64,000 nt of DNA, taken from Octopus vulgaris. Its lineage: Eukaryota. The notes beneath the pieces were generated by a model that had not been told where the DNA came from, did no database searches, and saw nothing but the letters and a program-made list of their open reading frames with translations. The position numbers and the translations under genes are program-made. Shown in pieces: positions 49,965 to 64,000 of this stretch (the first letter of the stretch is position 1; the number at the start of each line of letters is the position of its first letter). The DNA lies in the NCBI GenBank assembly GCA_951406725.2, contig OX597820.1, positions 65,534,001 to 65,598,000 of the forward strand, given 5' to 3'.

Positions 49965-51879
49965 ACACATATAGATATATAGATACATACATACATACAT
50001 AAAATATATAGGTATATAGATTTATATATACATACATATATATATATATACATGTATGTATGTATATATATATATGTGTGTGTGTATGTGTATATGTAAA
50101 CATACATAAATACGTATACATGTTATTGTATATATTTATATATACCACATACATACATACATACATACATGGAAATATATCCCTGTTTACTGTCTTTGAT
50201 CATTGCAAGTGAATCTCCCAAAAAATGATTGAAGTTAGTTCACATTCTGTGGAAGTAATTATGATCAACGTAGAAATCGTTTGATACTTGACTGCCTCAG
50301 AAAATGACGGTTGTTCTAAAGTTTGGGCGATCATAAACTTTGCAATATTGTCATTCTGCCTTAGGCTACCTCTTGCATCTCCAAGAAAGGGGCATCGCAA
50401 TATGTTATTTAATAGAATATCATAAAACCATCAATTGAGTTATTTCAGTAATGTGCGTGAATATATATTATGATGAACTAACCAACGAAGAAACTTCTGT
50501 GTATTCAAGCGAACTATAAGAAATAGTAGCCATGCCTCCCACAAATCCTAGTCTAACATCTTAAAATCTGAAGGTCACATTAGATAGAATGATCGGGAAA
50601 ATTAGACGAGCGACTCGTGATTGAAGAACTTTTCCTGCCATGGATTTATTTGTATGGCATCCACAGAACTGCTGAAAAAATAGTCACACCACCCGCAATT
50701 CATTCTCTAAAATCTTAAAATGTGAAGTTCAGACTAAATAGAAGAATTTGAATATTAGATAAACTGCTGGTGACTGAAGAACTTTTTTGGCATTGACCCT
50801 AATTGTTTAGGGACAACTTGGAGCAGAATAACAAAAAAAAAAAGAAATCGAAACCTCTACAACAAAAATATTGCTTGGTGAAGGAATTTGAAACTCGGCC
50901 CAACTTCTAAACACAAAATTACTTATAATGTATGTTTAAATATATTTAGAGTTTTGACTTTCTAGTAAAACAATTCTGATAAATTTATGATAACTTTTTT
51001 CTGCTCCATTGAAGTACACTCGCCCCAAACTATCTTCTTGTTGTTCGTCATACCAACTGCTTCTCATCACTCCCATCTCCACAGAACAGTAACAGTAAGA
51101 AGTCTTTCATCTAATTATTGCATGGCATTCCTTATTTACCGTTGCTAAAACAAGTTCCACATCAACACACATTTTATCCTCCATCTCTTCCTCCTACGGC
51201 TGATGTAATATCCTCCATCTGTTTCGGTGATGAGCATTCCGTTAGTTCGATCGATTCAAATGACTACCTGTTAAATAACCATATCTGTGGCTGCGTATTC
51301 CACAGATACGTGTACCATTGTAGTACTTCCCTGACTAAAACAGTGTGACGTAACATGTGACAAGGTTGAACATCTGAATAACCGATACACTTATCACACG
51401 GTCTGCTCCATAATTTCTCTCGAAAGAATTTCACTCACAACGTTTTAAACTTGTCCAAAATGCATGCACTTGGATTGAACCTGGGATCTTGTGTAGCCGA
51501 ACCCAGATTTCTTGACCATTCGGCTCTATCACATTTGTATCTCACAAGCTTTTATATTCCAGTACTATAAGGTCTTCTACATTCTAAGATCAGTCAGCAT
51601 TGTTTGGTCAACGAACTACGTAGCATCCTCTCGTTTTTTTTTCACTCATTCCTTCCGTGCAGCCCTTATTAAATCAATTTCCCGATTGATCATCCTACTA
51701 TATTTTTTACGCACTTACATGACCCCTACAGACACACATCCGTAAAATGGTCCCCCTGAGCATCAGACGCATGCAGATCATCAATAGATTACAATTACCT
51801 TGGCAGAATTATTAAGGGAACACGGAGATCTGATCGTTCTTCTTTTCTAAATCTCTTCATAATCGCTTTAAAATGCATA

Positions 51880-52091
51880 CTTTACTGTTACTTGTTTCAG
51901 TCATTTGACTGCGGCCATGCTGGACCAACGCTGTTAGTCGAGCAAATCGACACCAGGACTTATTCTTTGTAAGCCTAGTACTTATTCTATCGGTCTCTTT
52001 TGCCGAACCGCTAAGTTACGGGAACGTAAACACACCAGCATCAGTTGTCAAGCGATGTTGGGGTGACAAACACAGACACATAAACATATAC

Positions 52092-52190
<99 letters not shown>

Positions 52191-52362
52191 CATATATACG
52201 ACTGGCTTCTTTCAGTTTCCGTCAATCAAATCCACTCACAAGGCTTTGGTCGACCCGAGGCTATAGTAGAAGACACTTGGCCAAGGTGCCACGCAGTGGT
52301 ACTGAACCCGGAACCATGTGGCTGGTAAGCAAGCTACTTACCACACACCCACTCCTGCGCCT
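51880..52362 (-). mobile_element. SINE family A
   Basis: Complete copy. Confidence 0.9.
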
Positions 52363-52964
52363 ATATTTCATTTTTTAATAGAATTTGACAGAAATACGTT
52401 TTTTGTAAGTGTAGATTAGTGCTCCACAACCAGTATACCGCGTCACAGTGGTGTCCCACGAGATAATGCTGGGTGTGCCGCAGTGTAACCTGAATATAAA
52501 TCTTTTCCCTATACTTTTAGTTCAGATGCACCGCGGAATTTTGAAAAGAATATAAGCATAACACAAGTGAAAATAGGTTGCGAAGCACTGGTGTGGTTGA
52601 AGGTTGATCCAGAACTCATCATCTAAATGTGTTTGTGCATTTTAACAGCATAATCATAATATATGCGTTTGTGTGCGTACATGTATGCATATTATATACA
52701 GGAGTAAATGAAGGATATGAGTAAGCAGTAAATATTTATAAATTCTTGAATTATGGGACAATATTCGTTTTCCTTTTAGCGTATATTTGATTTAGTAACT
52801 AGACTGCGGACATGATGAGGTGCACCTTGAAGAATTTTCATCGAACGGATTGACCCCAGAACAGTTTTTAATATTTGTACTCATTCAATCGGTCTCTTTT
52901 GCCGGACTTCTAAATTACTGGGACATGAAAACACCAACACCTGTTATCCAGATACAAATACACA

Positions 52965-53048
<84 letters not shown>

Positions 53049-53349
53049 CAAATGAAAATGGGTGTGTGGAAAATTTAAACAATTTTTTTTTAAATATATA
53101 TATTAATTCAACCCGCAATGCGACTTTTCAAGAATTGTAAGGTGAAAAGAAATTTTTTTTACAATTGAGGAGGGGGAAAAAAGAAAATTACATTGTTCTT
53201 TGCAAAAAAATTATAAGCATACAAAAATTAAAAAATAGGTACACGGATACATACATATATATATATATATGTGTGTGTGTGTGCGTAACAGCCTACTTAT
53301 AAAGGTAGAGATTCCATGTTTTGGTGAAATGATTTTGTATCACATAGAT

Positions 53350-53610
53350 AAATAAATAAATGGAAATAAATGGAGTTAAACACAGCTGTTATTCAAATTT
53401 TATACTTCCGACATATGTTTCGAATGAAACATTGGTATTATTCCAGAAGGAATAAGACGATGGAAAACAAGGCAATCTTTTCATCAAAGAAAGCGAAAGA
53501 AAACACATAAGATATTTTAACCGAATGTGATTGCTGCATATATATTGAAGGGAACGCTGGTACGTTATTTTTTTTTTAAAAACCTTAATATATATAACGT
53601 CAAAGGCAAT
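53350..53610 (-). mobile_element. Diverged relative of the 6815-7066 Penelope-like pLTR with a decayed hammerhead
   Basis: CGACATATGTTTCGAA...TTATTCC.GAAGGAATAA...GCAATCTT.TCATCA matches 6874-6946. The core reads UUGAUGA on the minus strand. Confidence 0.65.
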
Positions 53611-54140
53611 TTATAGAAAGAGAAGGAGGAGGAAGAAAGAAATTCGCAGAAAATTGAAAGTGGAGAAATATAGAGGGATAGGTGGATAAGAATAAAGGTT
53701 AAAGGCATGGAAATAAATATATTTAGTGGGAGGGAAATGTAAGAAGACAGTTAAAGGTCGAATTTTACAGATTGGTAGAAATCACTTATATAAACTATGT
53801 GCGCGAGACGGTAATCTCGTATGAAGATTACCAGCGCATGACCTTGCAAGTGGAGCCCAAGTGGAGCCAGAATTTTCCTCGAGTCGAATAGCCCAACCTG
53901 CTCAAGGTTCCTGAATAAGGGTTGTTTCAAGATTCTGACCGAAATACCCACGTTTCGAAAGGTGAATTATCCAAACTCCAAAGAATTCCTGTCAACACAT
54001 GGCTATGCTGCTACCCAACAACTTCTGCTCATGATCATAGATGTACATATCGTCAGCCACTAAGGGACATGCTCAAGTTGTTATGGTCAAACAATTGACA
54101 AGCAGATCTGCGGTATTGAACAGAATATTTGCTGTGGTCC

Positions 54141-54204
<64 letters not shown>

Positions 54205-54205
<1 letters not shown>

Positions 54206-54357
54206 TGTCTTTGCACAGCTTATAACACTGGAGATGTACTACGGTGTCATCTGTTCATTACCAGTAAACTAACGTAACGCGACTTATTTTTCGAGCACCA
54301 TCCGGAGTATTCCATCTGTTGCAAGCCGTGCTGTTTTCTGCAAGTGCTCCACCTTTA
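54205..54357 (-). mobile_element. 3' end of an RLE-type (R4/Dong-like) non-LTR retrotransposon inserted in (TAA)n
   Basis: Minus frame KVEHLQKTARLATDGILRMVLEK* resembles the LQK.ALLGTA.ILR.VL C-terminus. Short 3' UTR, (TAA)n on both sides. Confidence 0.7.
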
Positions 54358-55017
<660 letters not shown>

Positions 55018-55506
55018 TGATACCTTTTGAAGACTGAAAAGGTGCTTAAAGTTCACCATCTTTTTGACAAACTACGTACATTATTGAGAAATAACAAAAA
55101 ATATGTATAAGAAAAATGATCATTCTAATGAATAAGATTGTTTGTCTTTTGACAAAGGTTGAAGAAGTGCTTAAAATGAACCGTCTTTTTGACAGAAACA
55201 ACATATATTATCGAAAAAGGAAAAAAAAATAGAATATTTTAATGAATGAGTAATATTGTTTGTCTTAGTAGAATCACAAAAAGTGTCTGGTGTTTCCTTA
55301 TTAGTTTTTATAAAGCAAATATATGAATATTTCCTATTTCCTATCTCTGTGAGGTGTTTGCTAAAAATATACACTAACAATATGTTCTTGTTGCATCTGC
55401 GAAATTGTGAACAATAGCTTGTATCTATCTATCTATCTATCTATATGCATATATCCATGGAGAGAGACAGAGATTGAGATGTACATATACACAAACATAT
55501 ATATTC

Positions 55507-55572
<66 letters not shown>

Positions 55573-55793
55573 TATAAGGGGACGAGTTTGTGTATAATTG
55601 TAGAGATAGGCATATACAAGGAAATATATAAATGTAAATACAAGTATATACGTATACATGTATATTTATATGTGCGTGCGTGGGTGTATTATAGATAGAT
55701 AGATGGATAGATAGATAGATAGATAGATAAATACATACATACATACATATATACATACATACATACATATATACATACATATATATATATAAT

Positions 55794-55904
<111 letters not shown>

Positions 55905-56594
55905 GTACATAAAGTTCAGAAAATGGAAACGAATATATTTGTAAACAGAGACGATAACAACACTTTGCTTCAGATTTACATATTGCTTCTGTTTAGTTGT
56001 TCCATCTATATTTAAACACAATTCAATAGTTGGCACCTTCTGATACAAATCTGACCATTCTAAAGCATTGGCATAAATTACCGTAATCTTTCACATTCTG
56101 ACTTTGGTTTTTGTCTCAATTTCCTGATTGTTTTCGTTGGTTTGTGCGTCTGTTGTTTTTCATTGGTATCTTATTACATAGCTATTTCAGTTATGGCTTC
56201 CAAGATTGTGTTATTGTCATTATATGTATGATACATACTTATATACATAGATGCTTATATATATATATATATACGTGCACACATACATACATACATACAT
56301 AATTATATATACGCACACACACGAGCACATATAAAGATAATGGATATATGCATTATCTATATAAATGTAGGCTTACATATAGATACGTATGTGTTCGTGT
56401 GTGTAGTGTGCGCGCGGGTGTGCGCGTGTGTACTGTGTGTGCGTGTTTGTATGTTTACTTCTATGTGTGTGTAAGTATCTGTCTATCTAGCAAACTTTAG
56501 ACAGATATATTGATAGATAGACAGATAGAGACAGACAGACAGACATAGATAGAAATATAGCATCTATACATAAGCCCTTATGCATGCATACATA

Positions 56595-56628
<34 letters not shown>

Positions 56629-57549
56629 CACACATATATATATATATATACATATATATATACATACATATCCTTTTATTGGTTTCAGGCTCCGGGAGTT
56701 GTTAACTAAGATAACTCATCAACACACATGCATATGTATGTATGTAAGTATGTATGTATGTATGTATGTATGCATGTATGTATACATGTTTATATATGTA
56801 TGCATGCATGAATGCATGTATATCATTATGTATCTTTCTATCTATGTGTATGTGTGTGTGTGTGTTTGTGTGTCCTTAAGTTTGGTTATATAGAATCGAT
56901 GGAGTGAGACGGAGACAACGGGACGCAGAAATACAGGCAGACAGATAGACGAACAGACAGTGAATGAATGGAAATAAAATCGAGAGGAATGAAAAAATGC
57001 TATCGGGGTGGGTTGATAGAAAACGAAGTAATATCAAGACGGTACTTGATGATCTACAATACCACTCTTTGTAATTTTCATTCCAAACACTCTTAGAGTA
57101 TGTTTCACTAACAAGTTGAGTCAATAACATCTTAAATGATTGCCTGTATTTGTTTTGGCGCTAGTTATTAACAAATATCTACTCACACACACACACACAT
57201 AAACAAATATACTTACCAACCCAGACATAGACACACGCACATTCATACTTGTATGCATACCATCGGTTTCACAGATACACTCACACAGAGACAGTAAATG
57301 TGTCTCCGGTGGGGTTTTGTTTCATGTTATCGTGTTAATGTTTGTGTATAAGTATACAAATGTTATATGTAAATTAATACATGTGTATATAGAGAGATGT
57401 GTGAGAGGCTATCCATATTAATATGTTTATGATCATGTTTAAGCATACGAAATATTTCGTTACATATATGCGCATATATATATATATAGTTAATCCAAAC
57501 AAGAAAACACAAAAAGCACATATATAAATATATACACATAGATATACAT

Positions 57550-57590
<41 letters not shown>

Positions 57591-57659
57591 CACATGCACA
57601 CGTGTATATACATATATACATACATGTACCACACATGTAAATACAAGTATGTATATAAT

Positions 57660-57720
<61 letters not shown>

Positions 57721-58299
57721 GCCCACATATGCACTCATATTCATACATACATGCCTGCATACATACATACAGACACATACCTACATATATACATACATGC
57801 ATACATATATACATACACTCATCCATGCTTATGTACATATACATGCTTACATTCGTAAGAGCATACAGAGATACATAGACAAACCACGGAGCCAGACAGA
57901 TAGACATTTCGTACAAAGTGTTTACTTGCACGCAATACAATGAACGCAACGGAGTGAAAGATTGATTCGGATTTGCACGCGACTCAGCATTATAGATCTG
58001 CGTGTTCAGCGCCACCACGAAGCAGTAAACAGATTTTGTATTAGACATTTAGGGTGAGGAGAGGAGATAGAAGGGTGAGATAATCTGGCAAGCGCATTGG
58101 CTACATAGTGTAATCAACTTGTAGTGTTCAGATTTGCTGGTTTATTGAGGAAAAGATTATGAGTATCTTGGGGTATTTTATACATTTGTAGTTACATATA
58201 TATATAATGCAGTTATTGACTACCAGCAGTTTGTTGTGCACTTGCTTTCCGGGATAGATGATACCTCTACCGCTGCTACTGTTAATAATAATCATGGTT

Positions 58300-58332
<33 letters not shown>

Positions 58333-58442
58333 TTGACGGGGGAAGATGGCGTTCAAAGTGTTGATGGAGTGGTGGAGGAAAAGAAGCCGGAGTAGAACAA
58401 CGATAATGATGATGGTGATGATTATATATGTATGTATATATA

Positions 58443-58829
58443 TAGCTTGCTAACCAACCACATGGTTCCGGGTTCAGTCCCACTGCGTGGCATCTTGGGC
58501 AAGTGTTTTCTGCTATAGCCCCGGGCCGACCAATGCCTTTTGAGTGAATTTGGTAGACGGAAACTGAAAGAAGCCTGTCGTATATATGTATATATATATG
58601 TGTGTATTTGTATGTGTGTGTGTTTGTGTGTCTGTCCCCCTAGCATTGCTTGACAACCGATGCTGGCGTGTTTACGTCCCCGTCACTTAGCGGTTCGGCA
58701 AAAGAGACCGATAGAATAAGTACTGGGCTTACAAAGAATAAGTCCCGGGGTTGATTTGCTAGACTAAAGGCGGTGCTCCAGCATGGCCGCAGTCAAATGA
58801 CTGAAACAAGTAAAAGAGTAAAAGAGAGT
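58443..58829 (+). mobile_element. SINE family A, lacking the first ~25 nt
   Basis: TAGCTTGCTAACCAACCACATGGTTCCGGGTTCAGTCCC...GACTGAAACAAGTAAAAGAG. Confidence 0.88.
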
Positions 58830-58833
58830 AATA

Positions 58834-58879
<46 letters not shown>

Positions 58880-58890
58880 TATACATAAAT

Positions 58891-58979
<89 letters not shown>

Positions 58980-59087
58980 GGTGTTTTTGACTAAGGCATA
59001 CCCGGGGATTTTATATGTAAAAATACATATACATACGCACATATAAATACATATATATATATATAGAGAGAGAGAGAGGAGGGGAGA

Positions 59088-59119
<32 letters not shown>

Positions 59120-59721
59120 AAAGGAGAGAGAGAGAGAGGGAGAGAGACATACTTATATACATACAAATAAACGTGGTGTTTGTGAGTATGTGTTTTCATA
59201 AGGGTTTATATTGCAATATTTTTCTGTCTTTCTCCACGTCTCTCCATCTCCTCCTACATAAACACACATATACTCACATACAACATGCACACACACACTT
59301 GCATACACACACTCACACGCGCGCGCGCAAATATACGTGTATATGTGCGGGAGTATGTGTGTGTATGTAGTTTGATAGATGCGTACAGTTATTTTTAAAA
59401 CACTGCTGTATACTAGAACGATAAAGACATTCTTCGAGATTTTCGTATAAAAATACATCGAATCAAACCTCAACTGAGTGAAAACATTTATGTAACCATG
59501 ATGTTCTATTGATCTGATGAGCTAGCTTTCTTTATCTGCACTGATTTGCAAAAACACAATAGTATTGCATAATGTGTTGCATGCCTTTTAGTCTAGGCAT
59601 GTAAAATAAATTGTACAATGAAGTTATTATTACATGCTGAATGCTGCAAAACAGCCGTAATCCTAAGAATTACAAGTGTGTAAAAAATTATATTCACCTC
59701 TCATAGATCCTGCAATTTTAT

Positions 59722-59767
<46 letters not shown>

Positions 59768-59779
59768 TAGGTGTGTGTG

Positions 59780-59819
<40 letters not shown>

Positions 59820-60705
59820 TACATGGTTTGACCAGTAAGTATCTGGACTATTGCCATAGTAACGAGGCTAAAGCACGCAGAGTTAAGCTGCTTGGCACAG
59901 ATTGACTTTGAACTCTACTATGCATGCGTACTAAGTTTTAACGTTCTAGCTCACTTCCACTGTTTACAGCAGTGCTTGGAAGTAACGTGTGTAGCGTGTG
60001 TTCGTCGCACTGAACATGACTGAGCAGAGAATCTACATAAAATTTTGCTAAAAGCTTAGCGATACCGACTCAGAAGCCTACACAAAGTTTTTAAAAAGTT
60101 TTCGTCGTTCTTGACACAGTCAAAGAGATCTGTGCAACTGAAACCTGAGTGTCTTTTTGGTCAACTGAAAGAAGTTTTGTCATAAACTTGGCACACACGC
60201 GTCTCATACCTAGACCTTCAGTTATAATGGTCAGAACTGAATCGTAACTAATCTGCATATCCTCTGATAAGTCACGGATGGGAATTCGAGGATTTCCTTT
60301 CACAGTCGCACGCGCATCTCCCCTGTTTTTCTCAGTTCTGCTGGTTGTGGGTCTCCCAGAACGTTCGTCAATGTCGACATTTTTCGGCCATCTTGGAAAC
60401 GTCTGAACCACTCGTACGCTTGTGTACGGCTCATACACTCCTCTCCATACACTCTCTGCAACTTTGCGTAGGTTCTGAGAAGGTATCGACATGACAACTT
60501 TCTTTGTGACGGTCAATGCGAGGATCACACGTTACACAGGTTACTACGAAGCACTGCTAAAAACAGCGGAAGTGAGTTAGAACGTTAAAAGCTAGTGTAC
60601 ATGCACAGCATAGGTCAAGGTCAATCTGTGCCAAGCGGCTTTACTCTGCATGCTTTAGCTTCATTACTTTGGTAACATTGCGGATACTTACTGATCAGAC
60701 ATCGC
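59820..60705 (-). mobile_element. Mariner-derived fold-back element with ~270-bp inverted arms and a decayed transposase N-terminus
   Basis: The arms match (GCTTGGCACAGATTGAC.TTGA / TCAAGGTCAATCTGTGCCAAGC). Minus frames read YAKLQRVYGEECMSRTQAYEWFRRFQDGR and DERSGRPTTS...NPRIPIRDLSEDMQISYDSVLTIITEGLGMRRVCAKF. Confidence 0.85.
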
Positions 60706-61174
60706 AAACACACCCACATATATATATATATATATATAAAATACACTGCTTTATTTTGAGATTGCTAATATAAACAGTACTCGCATATAAAATACATACT
60801 AGAGTTGTAGTGCTCTAAGTGAGCTATATTCCACTTATTAAAAATTAGATTTTAAAAATATGAAACATATCATATTACTTGGCACGTCTCTGAACTGAAA
60901 TTTTATTTATTTTTGTATTATTTTCGTGGGATTTTAGTACGTCCTTTTAATGTTTTATCATCCCAAATTTTTAATTACACCAATGTATTATAATTCACTG
61001 TTTTTTTTTTCACGTCGATTGGTATCACGTCGATTTTTGTCTATCTATATATATTTTTATATTTATAAATTTATATATTTGGAATTTATATATCCGTTTT
61101 GTAAATATGGAAGAATATATGTATGTATTTGATTTTCAAGTGTGGATTTTAATCATGTTCCTCTAGTTTCCGCT

Positions 61175-61476
61175 GGTTAAAGCATTTGGCTGAAAATCGT
61201 GAGGTCATGAGTTCAATTCCCGGTGACGCGTTGTGTCCTTGAACAAGACACTTTATTTCCTGTTGGTCCAGTCCACTCAGCTGGCAAAAAATGAGTATTA
61301 CCGGTAATTCAAAAGGCCAGCCTTGTCACATTCTGCGCCACGCTGAATCTCCTTGACAACTACGTTAAAGGTGTACATGTCTGTGGAGTGCTCAGCCACT
61401 TGCACGTTAATCTCACGAGGAAGCTGTTCAGTTGATGTATCAGTTAGGACCCTGTCCTCGTAACCGACGATGTGCT

Positions 61477-61477
<1 letters not shown>
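61175..61477 (+). mobile_element. SINE family B
   Basis: GAGTTCAATTCCCGGTGACGCGTTGTGTCCTTG...CGTAACCGACGATGTGCTCC. Confidence 0.8.
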
Positions 61478-61535
<58 letters not shown>

Positions 61536-61639
61536 AAAACATACGAAGAATAAAACAATTCCTTCGAAGGGATGTAAAACATACAATTCTCACTGATACA
61601 ACTGTTGAATGTCACAGATAAAAGGGTACAATTACAATA

Positions 61640-61984
61640 TACAAATATTAAATGAAATAGAGAAATAGAACTGACAAGATAAAAATTTATTTACATTATA
61701 ATACAATATAATATACTATAAAAGTTATAATATAATGTAACATAATAAACTTTTAAAAAACTCATATAAAGCCAACAGTTTGTTTCGACTCATAAACACT
61801 AGTGAATTTATAAAAGATTCTCACCTATGTATACAAGCCTTTTCAGGGCGTTGGTTAAAAAAACAGACGAAATTCCTTGTTTTTTGAAAATTTATTTTAT
61901 GTTATATTTTATTTATTTTAGTATATTATATTATAATGTAAATATATTTTAGCTTGTCAATTGTAGTCTCTATTTTATTTAATA

Positions 61985-61990
<6 letters not shown>
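61640..61990. repeat. Diverged AT-rich inverted repeat enclosing a decayed hammerhead (61772-61854, minus)
   Basis: Arms CAAATATTAAAT.AAATAGAGA / TCTCTATTTTATTTAATATTTG. Minus strand reads CUGAAAA-GGCUUGUA...UAUGAGUC-GAAAC. Confidence 0.6.
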
Positions 61991-62018
<28 letters not shown>

Positions 62019-63128
62019 AATACATGCATACATACATACACTTTTGTATGTGTGGTGGTGCTGTAGTTCCGTGTAGAATATAGTGTATTGTCTTACGATA
62101 TGTTTATTCTGTGCATCTGACTGTCATCTGAATTCCACGCTCAAAAAGATTGGTCAACCCAAAGCTATAACAAAAGACGCGAGCCTAAGGATCTATGTAA
62201 TGGAATCGAACCAGAAGCAATTGGTTACGAAACACACTTCTTACCAGTTCTGTCTATACTAATGCCATTAGCTTTCAAAATATTATCAAATGACGATCTC
62301 CATAACCTCTGCTGTTCTTAGAATGAGTGCAGATCATTTCACCGCAAAGATATCATTATTTCCGCAATAGAATTAAACATGCAAATGTACATTTACGAAC
62401 AAAGTTTTCACCTTCCTGCAATTGTGCAGTAATATAGTCAATTTGGCAAGCAAATTAGCACACATGAATTTAGATGTATTAGCTCTAATATCTAATATAA
62501 CAATCTCAACGAATCGTGAGTGAATCTAGAGACGAAAATTATATGCAAAGGAGATTAAATGCATTTCAAATGTAGCAACGACATCTGGAAATAAAATCAA
62601 TATTTGGCCAAAGATGTTACGTAAGTTTAGTCGGATGTGACGGCTGGATACCGGCCTAGACCGGCTACCTACCCTGTGATAATTATACATGTCTTCTTGT
62701 AGCACCCTCCCTCCAGGAAAATTTGACTAAGAATTCAGGCGTCATCATTATTAATGAGTTATGCTAGTGTCCATGGCTCAGTCCTTTCCTTCTAACTGGA
62801 AACTGATAAAAGAAATTAACAGAGTAACAGTATCATCCAGCATTCTCTTTTGAGGGGATGGCTACCTCTCCCTTTTTTGTGAATGGCCATAACTGTAAAT
62901 GATCTGCAAGTGGTATTGTTTGATAGAAGCAATATCTTTCTTGTGAAAGAAATGTTAGGCTCTCTGATGCAAACCAGACTAATATCTCATATATCGAAAG
63001 CATACAATGCCTTGTTGATTTGTCTTAGGCCTGACCATGATCAAGCAGCACGGTAATCAAAGACGTTCCAACTGTGACCATGTTATTTTTCTGGTCTTTA
63101 TTAACAAAATATGTAGTACTATATTATG

Positions 63129-63169
<41 letters not shown>

Positions 63170-63251
63170 CCTTTCGTTATGTAAAAAGTTAGCCCGTGAT
63201 CCGAAAGAAATTCGGCTCCTTTTTTAGACACAAATATTAGTCTGTATTTGA

Positions 63252-63483
63252 TAGCCGTAGGGAGCATAAAACCGGTTTCCCGGTTTCTATGGCGTATGTA
63301 TTCCTCCCTGGACTGGATGCCGGTTCTTTGCAGTATTACTCATTTCTACCGGCTGAGTGATCTGGAGCAACGTGAAATGAAGTGCTTTACTCAAGAACAC
63401 AAAGCACCGTCCGGTCTAGAAATCGAAACCACAATCTTACGATCATGAATCCAACATCCTGACCACTAAGCCATGCACCTCTA
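63252..63483 (-). mobile_element. tRNA-derived SINE (family E, head related to B/D)
   Basis: Minus strand reads GGTGCATGGCTTAGTGGTCAGG...GGTTTCGATTTC...TTCATTTCACGTTGCTCCAG. Confidence 0.7.
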
Positions 63484-64000
63484 CATCCTGCTCGTATTAG
63501 TTTTCTTAATTCCAATATTGTTGTTGTTGTTGCTGATAACGATGATGGTGATTATTCCTTGATCAAGTAGGCTGACAATCAAAAAGAGTCAAACCGCATT
63601 TTCAACACAGTGTACCTAGGACTACACTGTTAAATGCATCATTGTTTTGCTTTTCTTGAAACAATGTATATGGAAATTGACAGAGATTTGGCGTTTATGT
63701 TGGTGTTGTTAGTGATTCTGCGCAGATTCAAAGGAATCCTTATCAAAGATAACTTTTTAAACGTTGAAGCTGCGGCCATCTTATCTTATTCTTTTTTCTG
63801 GACCTATCATATCTTCACCACCCATATTCTGACCCATTTTTAAGATGCAGATTCCATTACTGGAGAACGTTTAAATTTTTCTTCAACACACTCTTCGCTG
63901 TAATGGGTATTTTAGAGTTCTTTACCATCGCAGGAATAGAGAATTTCATCTCCGAAATCTATTGCAATCGCTTCCAACACGCTCTTCGTGCCAATTGTGT

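Noticed and set aside
58003-58025. TTCAGCGCCACCACGAAGCAG resembling an NRSE/RE1 site
   Set aside because: Spacing and right half do not match the consensus.
59512-59535. CTGATGAGCTAGC as a hammerhead core (also 20800-20826 on the minus strand)
   Set aside because: No following GAAA, stem III or cleavage triplet.

Overview
AT-rich animal genomic DNA saturated with microsatellites ((TA)n, (CA)n, (GA)n, (GATA)n, (ATT)n). The tRNA-derived SINE families resemble those I recall from Octopus/cephalopod genomes; that taxon call is an inference. I can support no host protein-coding exon, and nearly all listed ORFs are microsatellite translations. Real content: (1) a full-length, apparently intact CR1/L2-group LINE (minus strand, ~1963-6627) with an APE-RT ORF2 and an unusual ORF1 (Myb/SANT-like N-terminus, poly-Q, two CCCH fingers); (2) a 5'-truncated Penelope-like element (GIY-YIG fragment) with inverted ~250-bp terminal repeats, each carrying a type I hammerhead ribozyme (HHR); (3) a 401-bp x 2.8 near-identical tandem array with a complete type I HHR in every unit (retrozyme-like, predicted to release 401-nt self-cleaved and possibly circular RNAs); (4) several more sequence-unrelated intact or decayed HHR cassettes, mostly next to (TA)n tracts and often in inverted-repeat form; (5) about 20 SINE copies in about 5 families, two non-autonomous Helitrons, three mariner remnants (one a 5'-5' fold-back), a Dong/R4-type LINE 3' end in (TAA)n, and several tandem and palindromic repeats. 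The best candidate for an undescribed system is the diverse (TA)n-associated set of hammerhead-ribozyme retro-elements, centred on the 401-bp array. All structures were read by eye, with no searches run.
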